Assembly: GCF_036321535.1 (NCBI RefSeq) | Contig: NC_087437.1 | Location: 89,034,001-89,098,000 of the forward strand | Reading direction: 5' to 3' | DNA from: Camelus dromedarius | Lineage: Eukaryota | DNA: 64,000 nt | Part shown: positions 13,821 through 25,440 of the stretch, piece by piece | How positions within the stretch are numbered: position 1 is the first letter of the stretch | Layout of the letters: each line of letters begins with the position of its first letter | The notes under the pieces: model-generated | The model's input: the letters and a program-made list of their open reading frames with translations, nothing else | Database searches by the model: none | What the model was told of the DNA's origin: nothing | Program-made: the position numbers and the translations under genes

Positions 13821-14225
13821 TGTATCAGTCTCTCTGGCTATCATAGCAAAATACCATGGACTGGGTGGTTGGAACAACAGAAATGTGCTTTGTCTCAGTT
13901 CTGGAGGCTGGAAGTCCAAGATCAAGGTCCAGCCAGGTTTGGTTTCTGGTAAGGACTCTCTGACTGTCTTGAGGATGGCCACCTTCTTGCTGTGTTCTCA
14001 CATGGACTCTATTCTGCACGTGCTATCTACACACAGAGAGAAATCTTTTGTGTCTTTTCCTTTTCTTATAAGGAAACCAGTCCTATCCTATCAGATTAAG
14101 GCTCAACTCAGTGACTTATTTAATCTTAATTACATCTCTAAAGGTCCTGTCTCCAAATACAGTCACACTGGGAGTGATGGCTTCAATATATGAATCTGGG
14201 AAGACACACAATTCATTCCATAGCA
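13821..14225 (-). mobile_element. MaLR solo LTR (MLT1B/C-like)
   Basis: TG..CA ends; near-perfect 5-bp TSD gcagg/gtagg; ggactgggtggttggaacaacagaaat...cagttctggaggctggaagtccaagatcaagg. Confidence 0.93.
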
Positions 14226-15529
14226 GTAGGCAACTAAGAATATTTTAAGTTTTGAAAATCATCTATAATATTTCACAAAATGTAGACATAATGAGTGCGT
14301 ACACGTTTTAATTTTTTTGTCATCTTTAACATTCAACTGTAACTATTCTTAATAGTTTTCCTTCTGTTCCCACAGAGTCTATATAAAAATCTTTTTATGT
14401 GTATTCATTTTTAAAATAAAATAAAAATTTAAAGCATTTTAGGGAGACTTTCTTAAAATTCCTAAAATAATAAGAGGAAAAGTTATTCTACAGTGGTTCA
14501 CACTTTTTGTGCTGTGATATGTTCAGTCCTAGAGACTGAATAAGAAAGTATGCCAGGATAAAGAGCCCAGTTTGGTATTAGATCCAAGATTTTATGCTAA
14601 GAATCAAGAAGATTTTTCTTTTCTACGTAAGTGAAGAACTATGAAATCAACATAAAATATGTTTTTGAAGCAACAGTTTTGTTTACTTCTCTAAATAACT
14701 TATCCAGTCTATAAATGTGGTTCAAAGCAATCTGGTCACTTCCATAAAAAATGGAAAATATTATTTGTACAAACATTCTCTACCTTGACTTCCAACTCCT
14801 AACAAAAAGCATGCTTCAAACTTGAGCAGCCTTTGCTATGCCAGTGTATGTTTGCTGCAGCATGCCTACACCTCTCAGGGCTTTGAAAAAAAGAGATGTT
14901 AAAGACTTCGGATTGATTTTCTTCTAAAGGTTGTGAAAAATAATAGTAAAGGCCAGAATGGGAATTTGGCAATTTTCATTCATAAATTCATCCAGCTATG
15001 TTTTCAAAGCCTGACAGAAATGTTAAACCCACCAAATCAAGACATAAAATGAACTGAGTGAATACAACTCAAATGAACTTCTAACTAGAACACTGGGGAG
15101 TGCGGAGGCAATGTATTATTTATTGAATTCTTCTCACATTAAAAAAGAGAGAAAGAATTTAACCTGGATGAATACCAGACATGCGTTTGGATAAGGCATG
15201 TGCATTCCTCAAATCTGTGCCAGCTCTGAGTCTGGATTGTGATTCACAGAACAAGTGTCTGTATTGCCTCTGTTTATTCAAAATCAGTCTGCATCTTTTA
15301 AAAGAACACATACAAGATTAAGGCAATATGACCTACTTTTGCAACTTTCCCCTTAAAAAAAAAATATTTTTCTTTAATTCCTGACAAAGACAAAGGCCAA
15401 ATACATACTCAGTAGCATTTTATGGTAGATGGGTCATTAAAACGGGGAAACATAACCTAAGAAGTGTCCCACCAAACTGAAATATCCCACAACAAACACG
15501 TGTCACCTGATCCAGTTTCTTCCTACAGT

Positions 15530-16060
15530 ATCCCATTTGTCTAGGACTACAGATACAGGTGATTCATCAGCTCTAAAATCCTCAGGAACTTCCCACTTAC
15601 AGAGTTAACTCCAAATTTCTTGTCAGAACACAGATGGTCTTAGGCAACTTGCGCCCCACCGACTTCTTCAGTCTTGCCTAACTCCTGCCCTGCCTCCTGT
15701 CATATAGATTTATACCTCTCTTCCTAGAATAACAGAATGCCTTCAACACGGGGTTCTCTCTGCCTGGAATACTTTTAACACTTTTATTTGCCTTGCTCAT
15801 TCTGAGTCATTTTTCTGAAGCCTGCCATGAATATCCTCTTTCTGATCCCCACAACAGCAAGAATTTTCCCTCCTTTGGAGTCTCACCCTGTATTACATTC
15901 ATTCTCCCCTCCTTGTAATTTGTTACATGCTTGTTACATTTGCTATGGGTCAGTGCCCGAGACTGAATTATAAGCAGTCTTTGAAGAAAGGTCCTAGTTT
16001 TATTTTTTGTGTGTGTCCTCAGTACCCAGTTATTAGTTAGGACCCATAAAGTTTACCTGA
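15530..16060 (+). mobile_element. L2 fragment
   Basis: ttcccacttacagagttaactccaaatttctt...ttctctctgcctggaatac...gtgtcctcagtaccc are L2 3' motifs. Confidence 0.6.
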
Positions 16061-18397
16061 TCATAAGTTAATACTCTTTTTGCCTTCTTTGGTAATAAAT
16101 TTCAATCTACCATGGATGTGTCCTACAATTAAAATGTAAACTTTAAAATTGACTATATATTCATAATGATGAAATTATAGTGCATTTTCATATTTTTATT
16201 AGAATGCCAATGTATTTTCCTAATGAATAATTTTAAAGTTTTTTTTTTTAAATCGGCTTTATCAAGGGCCAAAAGATTATCTACTATTCACTAAATATGA
16301 CTTTGGTTAATATTTAGAACTAACAGTAGATATATTGACATAGTTAATATGTAGGCATTTAAAAACACAAAAATTATGTTACATCATGCATCTATAACTT
16401 TTCCCTTAAGCCATATTTAAAATATACCTTCATAAATATCTATAAATTATACTAATTTTCTATTACTAGCAAAATAAAGAAGACAGACGAAAGTGTCACA
16501 TCTGAAAGGCCCACTCATTAATAGAATGAATTTCCCTTGAGGCTTTGTGGAATGAATAGAAAGATATTCTTAATAAGTTTGTATTTTTCTCTTATAATCA
16601 AATCTGAAAGCCCATTTAAAATGCATGCTCTGAGCTACGTTATGCACATCTTATATTCTTGTGCATTTTTCTGGAGGCATGCATGGGGAGTTACTAAATT
16701 CTTTAAGACCCCTAAATCTAAGCTTATTACATGAGGTTATGATGATGGAGGCTCACTGTTGGCATGCTTGGAGACTCTGTACTATTCTGTTTCCATTAAT
16801 GGTATATATGCAATTCATGGACAGGCATTTTAGAAATTTAATACACTCTAGATTCCATGAATTGTATTTTTTGGATTCTAAGTATGCTTGTAACTTGATC
16901 ATTTCTCTTTCTCATACATATTTCTAAAATGTTGCCCCAAATTCTCTCCTTTATTTTCAAGTCTTAACATGTAAATCCAACTGAACATGCCAATTAGACA
17001 TTTTTTCCCCACCCTAGATCATGTTCGTTTTAATTGTCTATGTAACACTGGGAAGTTGCCTTATAGAGGACTGTACTATTAATAAAACTGGGTGGAATGG
17101 TTTATTGAAGTAATGCATTACTTCTAATCTCCTATTCATTGTATGTCAAGACAAAATCTTGACGGATGTTGCTGAAATGGCCTCTACCAAGGTGATTTAC
17201 AGCTAAAACTTGGAAGTGATGTACTTGAAGTTCCTGATAATGCCAAGAGCAGAGGTTGGGATTGCCTAACCTTGATGAATGTTACTCAAACATTTGAGTT
17301 ATTGGACTTCAACAATGTATCATTCTGCAAAATCTAAGAAAACAAAACAATTTTAAAGACAGCTGTGCACACATACAGGAAACATCAGACCTTCTCAGAC
17401 CTTTCAAATAGCATCTCAAATTAATTAAAACATCTTAGTCCAAAACCCACAAATACTGTATTGCATTAGGTGCCAAATCATAGAAGAAGCGTAAAATGCA
17501 ACCCTTACGATAGTAGAAAGTAAACCTTTAAATTGAAAAATAAAAAGAATAAGAAAACTCAAATGGCTATCTTTCATTTAGTTTAAAGATATAACACTAT
17601 CCTTTAATAATAAGGGTTTTTTTTTTAAGCACTTTAACCCAGAGTATTTAATCTAGTCTCTTCTTTACTCTTTCACTGAAGGTAGAAAAGTAAGAGCAAT
17701 TCTAACTCCTCCTTTGGATATGCAGACTAAAATGATGTCATCTATGAGTTAAGAATTCTAATGTTCTCTGCTGTCTATCCATCTCACCTTAACTATCCAG
17801 CACTGAGATATTGGTACTGCTTCCTTCATTGTTGTCGGCCTTACGTGTCTTATCCCTGAATAAAAATTCCTCTACAAGTGCAGAGCTAGGAACACCTTGA
17901 CTCTTTTCACAAGGTAGAAGGTATATTGCTTTGCCTTCGTTTTGCCATAGCTGTGAAGTGTCTCAAAGCTAAATTATATTCTCCACTGTTTTCTGCTCCT
18001 GAATTTTTCAAGATAACAATTTTCCTTTCTTCTTATATGATTCCTTTATTTTCAACTGAATTTTAATCGTTTTGCTCTTTAAGCCATTTCATGTAAACCA
18101 GCTTAAATCATTTTTGAAAGTGTGCTTGCAATAAATAATTTAATACCTTGGAAGAAAACAGATGTGGCACAGCCTGTCATGAAGTACTGGAGAGCTTTTG
18201 AATACCCACATGCCCCCAAATATTTTCCCTGGTGATAACCAAAATTCCACCATTGTGAAACAATGATCCCCCAAAAGAATAACACATTCTTTCCTCAACC
18301 ATTCTATGTAAATTAGTTCATCAGATTAGTCTCCCTAAGTAACTAAAGGGATCAGGCAGCCAAGGAAGAAAATGTCTTTGCAGGGTAGGATAAAGTA

Positions 18398-18445
18398 CAA
18401 ACCAAACCAAACCAAACCAAGCCAAACAACACAACACAACACAAA
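18398..18445. repeat. (AAACC)n/(AACAC)n pentanucleotide repeat
   Basis: seen directly. Confidence 0.9.
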
Positions 18446-20789
18446 ATAGTGACCTCTAAAAGGGAGCAATCCTGGAGCAGAAAGACACACACACTAACTT
18501 TGTACCAAAACTGACCCCTAATTCCACTAGTATACAGTATCTTCCAGAAAGTACAGAAACAGTAACATACCAATATAAGAAAACCTCATGGTCTGTGCAA
18601 GGAGCCACAAGGAAGATCACAAAGTTACATCATATTGAAACCTCTGCTTTACACAATCATCATTGGTCTTCATGAAGGCAAACTCATCAGCCTTTGGCCT
18701 CCATGTTGCAGTATGTGAAACTCTATTTCAGACCAATAGGTTAATGTGCTAATAATTTTTATCTCTTGTGACAGCTCTTTAAACACTTTATTTAAGAAAC
18801 CCATATGCACATTTATTTTAGTATTCAAAAGTTCTGGGTATGGTAAATGTTTTAAAATTTGGACACCTTATTGCATCATAAGCTTTAGACTATTATTCCT
18901 AAATTTAAGAGTTACTTATTCTTCAGCTGTTGTTCACTACTCTATATTACATTCCTACTATTAGCCATAGAAATTTTTATTTATTTAACAGAGTTGTTGT
19001 CTCATGTGTATCAAAATGTTTTTCCAGACTGGCAGTTGACTAATCTGTTCTTTCTTTTTGAGCTGCTTTATCGCTAGAGTTATGCAGCCGAAGTTTATAG
19101 GTAAAATCAGAATACTTGCCAATTTCCATTTCCCTTGTAAAACGTGACCCTGCGCAGTTTACAATTAATAACGCACCAGGCTTTTCCTTGGGTTAGGCAG
19201 CATGGAGGACTGACTCAGTCCCTAGAGTACTATTTCACACAATGGAACGCTCAATTTGCGTGATGCCTTAGTGACTGGAAGAATTAATACATTTCTTAAA
19301 TGCCGGATTTAATCCCAGATATTAGGTCATGTTTTGGGAGAATGTACTTCAATAAAAAGAAGTCTGAGTATTGGGACACAATAAGAAATAATATGTTTAT
19401 GAAAAACAGAAATAAAATGGTCCTTCTAAGCAAAATATTTCTTTTTTCCAAGGGATATTTACTGAATAATATTGACAAATTTATCAATCACGGAATGCTC
19501 TAGGGCTGCTTCCACACTTAGTGTTAAAAAGACTTTTCTGTAGGCTATAGTTGCAAAGAAGTAATATGCAATTTTAGTTTAAAAAGAGTGGTTAAAATAA
19601 GCTAAGCTGTCCATTAATCAAGGCCTTGTGCTGCACACCAGCATGGCAGCTTGCCTCCCAGTTCTTGAGGAACAAGGACAGGGCTGTACCGGGAACTCAG
19701 AAAGTGAAGAACTCGAGCAACGCGAAGGAGACGATCTTGTTTGTAAATTTTGGAAGAAAAGTGTATACATCTACACCAATTCGGTAATCTCTTCATGATA
19801 TAAAATATCTCTTCTAGCATTATTCCTATTTAGAACCACAAACTAGCTAAAACATGAAATACTGAAGCATGCAGCCAGAAAATGTGTCCATCAATACAAA
19901 ACAGTAAAACTGATTTAAAAAAAAAAAGATTCCCGTTAATTGCATGAGCCTAACTGGAAATTAAAAACTATACTCCGGATAATTCCATAATCTGTAGATC
20001 CTTCACCCTAAAAAAGATCTCCACCTTATTTTCTCTACAGTTTTTCAAGTACTTCATATCTAAGCAAGATTATTATTATTCCTAGAGTTTCTTTTTTTAA
20101 ATTCTATATGCAAGAAACATCCATCTGAAGCTTCACAGTGGGAAATAATGACATTTAAATGGATACAGACACAGACATAAGATGTGCCAAGTAAGAAGAA
20201 TGAACCAAGAGTTAAGCGTCTGCTAGTTGATTTTTTAAAAGCTGAAGGGGAAGTCCAGATGTTTAAGGGGGAAGCCTTCTCTTGAGCGACATCTAGTGGA
20301 CCACTATAGAATGCCATGTTTAAAAGTTGAAGCCACTACAGATTAGGCAGCTGTAAGAAATTTAGCTCTTTGTCATATCCTACGTTACATTTATGTAAGA
20401 ATTATAAGCATCTACTGAAAAATAACTTTACATAAGCAGTACAGTTATTTGTTGTAAATAACAATGGACATGAGAGAGCCTAGGAAATTCTGTAAATGGA
20501 AAAAAATTAAAGTTTATAAATATAATGTTGATGTCATAATATGTCATTATTGAAAAAGTATTTTCAATACTTTTAAGAGCCACTAATAGCTAAGGTACTC
20601 ATATTTCATGTAAATATAAAAATATACACTCTTTTTGTTTAACTTAAAACCTCAATGTTAGGATCATTTGAAGTTCAGTTCATTTTGCTAAATTAAGAAG
20701 TTAAATTATTCTGTCAGAAATATTTATTCTCACTGTGTATTTCCCTATCTATTTACGATTATTTGACATACAGTGTTTTTTGTTAATAG

Positions 20790-21420
20790 TATCTTAAGGG
20801 GGCATTAAAATATTTTCCTGTTGTTCTTTGATCATTTTTTAGCAACATGTAAAAATATGCCTATTCTTTATGCCTATTCTTTATTCTCATTTATTTCTAA
20901 CTAGCTTTATTTCTAACTAGCTTCTTGGCCTTTGAGAGTGCAGTAATCTTGTCTTGTTTTTCCATCTTCTTTCAAGTCATAGCACATCTGGTGATAAATT
21001 ATTATTGTGTGCTTGACCTTCAGTTTGTCCTATTATCTCTCTGTATGAGTACTTGCAGTTCTGTTCTTGGCTTTCTGTATGTAGCCTTGTTCATCTCATC
21101 GCAATTTTCCTTCTTTTGTGTGTCGTCTATTTCATGTTCTTTTTTGTATTCTAAATTGCTTTGCATTGTTCTTACCACCTTAATGCTCTCTGCCTTTTTT
21201 GATATTTGCCACTAATCCCAAGCATTCTTACAAGAGAAAACAATTTTTTGATCTCTAATTAATTTGCATTAATAAATCTGTTGTCTTTCTATTCAAATGC
21301 TCTTTACTCATTTTCCATATTCACTTGACTGCTGATCCTAAGCTTATAATTGAGTAATCTAAAAATGTAATTTAAATATCTTTCCTTTAGAATATTGATT
21401 TTCACTTTTGAGTTTCCCTA
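20790..21420 (-). mobile_element. very old L1M remnant (T-rich)
   Basis: T-rich composition and attttccatattcacttgactgc-like motifs; weak. Confidence 0.4.
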
Positions 21421-22559
21421 GTTAGCTTCCACACTGCTTTTTGAAATTAGCAAGCACTTGCTAACTCCTACCATATGTGTGGCTTTAGCTCAAGATCTTT
21501 TTTGGGGTAACCAAAGAACATAGCTTGTTTTCTGTGCCTTTAAATCATTAGTCTGATAAGATTATCACCTGGAAACAACAAAGCAGAGAATACATAATCA
21601 AGCGCTGAATTTTGTTGTATTGGCCTAATTGTGACAAATTCAGAGAAGGTGAAGAGCAATGAGTCAGGAAGATAATAAAACTTACTTAAAATATGTTTTT
21701 TAAATCACCATTTTCTAGCATCTTTACACATTTGGTATGATAACATTGAGATTCCTTGCCCTAGGTGATATACAATAATAATGCAAATTTTAGATTTGTT
21801 GATGACTAACCTACTACTTTTAAAAGCTGATTAGTGAGTCAATGGAAGGGAAGAAATTAGTGAGCTCATAGGATCCAGGGCAAGCCTGAGACCAAGGCGA
21901 GAAAAAGTGTACTTTGAGGAAACGTGTAGCGAAGAACTTAACACAATCTAGAATAATATACTTGGAATTTTAAAAAATTATAAACATACCTAAAATTATG
22001 AAAATTTTACTATCAGAAAAAAAAAAAACATGTGGTAGATATGTTGTAATAATTATTTTTGACAAGGAGCTATTTACTGTTACTGAGAAGTTGAACAGCT
22101 TGACCACAGCACTAGTAAAAGGCCATCAGATCCAATCATGGCATGTATTGGAGAAACCAATAGACTGAGAGATCATTAAATGAGTGTCACATAGCCACGC
22201 TCTGAGCTCCAGGTGGACTTTAACTAAGATGTGGAGTGGTAAGGGTAGAGAAGGAGGGATGGAAAATAGAGACATTTCAGGAAGGAAAAAAAAAAACCTA
22301 ATACAATTCTGAGGCTAATTGAAAATGGTATCAACAAGGGTTTTTATTTGAAGCCATAAAATATAATTCTAGCTGATTAATTAGTTAGGAGTTAATTAAA
22401 CGACTATTATGTATCTCACGGAATTGTTTGTCAGACTAGAAAAGCAGACCCAAGCCAAACTTCAAGGAGTAATATCTAAAATCTAGCCTGTGAGGAAACT
22501 GTAAGTACTGCTGGTACTCTCTGAACACTAGAGGAAACAGTCTCCTTTTCTGCCTTCCT

Positions 22560-23020
22560 CCAGCAAAAAGGATCCACTAAAGAGAAGGGAGACGGAGAAA
22601 GTGACAGGGAGGCAAACTCAATATTTGAAGAGATAATGGCTGAAAAGTTGGCAACATTGTCTGAAGATATTAACAGTTTTAAAAAGCTGATTTGATCTCT
22701 AAAAGTGCCTAAGGTAGCAGCCAACATTGAATTCAACATCTGTCAAGAATAGCTTTCAAAAATTAAAAATGACAAATGTATTTTCAGAAAAAATGAAGAG
22801 TATGTGAGACCTTTTCACCAGTTGATGAGCAATGAAGGAAATACTAATTTGGGCTATTTAGACAGAAGGAAAATTACCTCATAGAAAAAACAGAATTTTC
22901 AGGAATAAATGAAAAACAATAGAGTAAATAGGAGAATAAATATAAAAGAATATTAACTAAATATTGATCTACAGAATAATATTAATGCTTGGTATTGTTT
23001 AAAAATGTCAAATAATAAGC
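22560..23020 (+). mobile_element. old L1M, ORF1/inter-ORF region
   Basis: aatatttgaagagataatggctgaaaagttggcaa, tcttttcaccag...aaggaaatact and ttagacagaaggaaaatt are typical of L1M ORF1. Confidence 0.7.
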
Positions 23021-23029
23021 TGCTACATT

Positions 23030-23618
23030 ATTTTTAAGTGTCTTTACTATTTTATATTCTGGCCACCAATATATAAGTGATCCAGTTTTTCCCCATGCTT
23101 GTCAACAATTAGTGTTATTATTTTTTATTTTTGCTATTTTCACAAGAGTATAGAACTATGTCATTGTGGTTTTAATTTTTATTTTCCTAATGATTGATGC
23201 TGTTGAATATCTTTTCACGAGCTTATTTGTCATCTGTGTATTTTCTTCATTGATATATCTGTTCATAATATTTTCTATTTTCTAATTGGATTATTTGTTT
23301 CTCTGCTATTGTGTTTTTGTATTCTTTATAACTTCTAAATATAAGACCTTTATGAGTTTTGCAGTTTGTAAATATTTTCTCCCAGTCTATAGCTTGCCTT
23401 AGAATTTAATTCCCTTATCAAGGTGTTTTGCCTAGCAAAAGTTTTAAATTTTGATGATGTCCAAATTACCTTTTTTTTTCCTTTGATGGATCAAAATTCT
23501 GTTGTCAAGTCTAAGATCTCTTCACTTAGCCTGAGTTTCCCCAACATTTTCTCTATATCTTTTTTTTTTTTTTTTTTTTTGCTGAAAGTTTTACAGTTTT
23601 ATATTTTGCATTTAAGTC
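23030..23618 (-). mobile_element. L1M ORF2 3' segment (inverted)
   Basis: tcattgtggttttaatttttattttcctaatgattgatgctgttgaatatcttttcac...aaatattttctcccagtct. Confidence 0.88.
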
Positions 23619-23619
23619 T

Positions 23620-24125
23620 TGGGGTAAATATTTATGTAATACATGAGGGTACTATTAATACATGTAAAAACCTTATCAATCTCAACAGCATTATGCCACG
23701 TGAAAAAAGCCAAACTTAAAAGGTCACAAACTGTGTGATTCCATTTATATAACTGACAAAATTATACAGATGCTAAGCAGATTAGAGGTTGCCAGGAATT
23801 AAGGACCCAAGGATGTGAGAAAAGAATGATATGGCTATCAAAATAGACCCTCATGGTAATGGAATAGTTCCAAACTCCAGTGGTGGTTATATAGATCTAT
23901 ACATGTGACAAATGTTCATAGAACTAAATGCACACACACACACATACACATAAATGAGTGCATGTAAATTTGATAAAATTCAAGTAAAGTTGGTAAACTA
24001 TATCAATATCAATTTCCAAGTTTTGATATTATACTATTGATATGCAAGCTTTTTCTACTGGGGAAAGCTAAGTGAAGGATGAAAGGGTCTTCCTATACTA
24101 TTTAAAAAACTACATGTAAGTCAAC
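23620..24125 (+). mobile_element. L1MC/L1MD-like 3'UTR
   Basis: gtgaaaaaagccaaac...ctgtgtgattccatttatataac...gcagattagaggttgccagg...ctggggaaagctaagtgaagg. Confidence 0.88.
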
Positions 24126-24129
24126 ACAC

Positions 24130-24870
24130 AGAATAAAAATAAAGGTAAACAGTAATGCCAAAAAAAGTAGAGGGTAGAAGAAAAAAATTAAAGCAAGAGA
24201 AAGGATAAGGAATGAAAATAAAATTTATAATAGCAATTAACAAAATAGAAAACAAACTAGAGGTAACCAACAAAGCTAAAATTTTATTCTTTCAAAAGCT
24301 AATAAATTTATAAATCCTGTCAAGCCTGACAAAGAATAAAAAAAAATATATGAAATCAGGATTAGAAATGAAAAGCAGGAACATTACTACATATAATCTA
24401 GAAATTAAAGCTGTAATAGTGAGACATAATAATCAACTTGGTGCCACAAGTCAATGGAAAAAATTCTTAGAACAACTCAACTTACCCAAAATGATGCAAA
24501 AAGATATTTAAAAATCTGAAAAGTCTTAAATCTATGAAAGAAATCAAATTTTTATGCAAATTATCATTTATTTTTCTCTTCATCTAAAGAATTCTTTTAT
24601 TAATTTTTTTTTCATTTTATTGACATATAGTCAGTTTACAAAAAGGAAACAGACTCGGAGACATAGAAAATAAGTTAAATTTTTAATTAAGCTTTTCACA
24701 AGTAAAACATCATGATCAGTTATTCTCACTGATAAATCTGTTATTTAATGAAGAATATCATAAAACATACACAAATTCTCCTAGGGAATGAAAAATGTAG
24801 CATACTTTTCAACTTAGTTTATGAGACCAACATGATAGTAAGAATAAAACCAAAGACATTATGAGAAAGA
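24130..24870 (+). mobile_element. old L1M ORF2 remnant
   Basis: caacaaagctaaaattttattctttcaaaagctaataaatttataaatcc...aatggaaaaaattcttagaac...ttctcactgataaatct...agttttatgagacc. Confidence 0.8.
24604..24677 (-). mobile_element. tiny young L1 insertion with 5' inversion
   Basis: poly-T + cattttattgacatatagtcagtttaca (L1 extreme 3' end, minus) fused to aaaaggaaacagactcggagacatag (same family, plus orientation). Confidence 0.8.
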
Positions 24871-25008
24871 AGACCTGGTTTAAAACGAGTAGAGTTTATG
24901 GTGTTATTCTAATATATATAAAAAAAAATGTTTTTTGGCTGTTGGATCTTAGCACCAAAATAAGAACTGAAGGCTGCTTTCCACATTAGGCAATGTAAAA
25001 TGAGAAAA

Positions 25009-25062
25009 TAGGTAGGTAGGTAGGTAGGTAGGTAGGTAGATAGACAGATAGATAGATAGATA
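25009..25062. repeat. (TAGG)n(TAGA)n tetranucleotide STR
   Basis: seen directly. Confidence 0.97.
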
Positions 25063-25090
25063 GGTATTAAAGTAATGATTCTTTAGAATT

Positions 25091-25440
25091 TATCTTAGTC
25101 CATTCAGGCTGCTAGAACAGAATACCCTATGTCAGTGGCTTATGAGAATCAGAAGTGTGATTATCAGAGTTCAGGAGACTGAGAAGTCTCAGACCAAGGT
25201 GATGGCAGATTCAGGGTCTGCTGAGGGTCTTCTTACCTAGTTCACAGACTCTGTCCTCACATGGAAGAAGGGCGAGGGAGCTCTGTGAGGTCTCCTTTAT
25301 AAGAGCCCTACCCTGATTCATGAGGACTCCAGCCTCATGAGCCACTCACCTCCCAAAGGCCCCACCTCCCAATACATCACACTGGGGATCAGGCTTCATT
25401 ATAGGACTTCGGAGGAAACACAAACCTTCCATCTTTTGTA
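25091..25440 (-). mobile_element. MaLR solo LTR (MLT1A-like)
   Basis: tcttagtccattcaggctgct...ccaaggtgatggcagattcag...cacctcccaaaggccccacctcccaatacatcacactgggg. Confidence 0.92.

Noticed and set aside
13810..14193. 127-aa ORF (and 59069-59320, 60788-61030)
   Set aside because: These lie within MLT1 LTRs and are typical spurious translations.
17271..17333. Minus-strand exon candidate
   Set aside because: The acceptor is good but the donor (gttagg) is weak and all frames are stopped; expected by chance in 64 kb of AT-rich DNA.
19614..19820. Minus ORF with RLLRVARVL, like an ion-channel S4 segment
   Set aside because: The match is short, with no flanking transmembrane helices or fitting splice sites.
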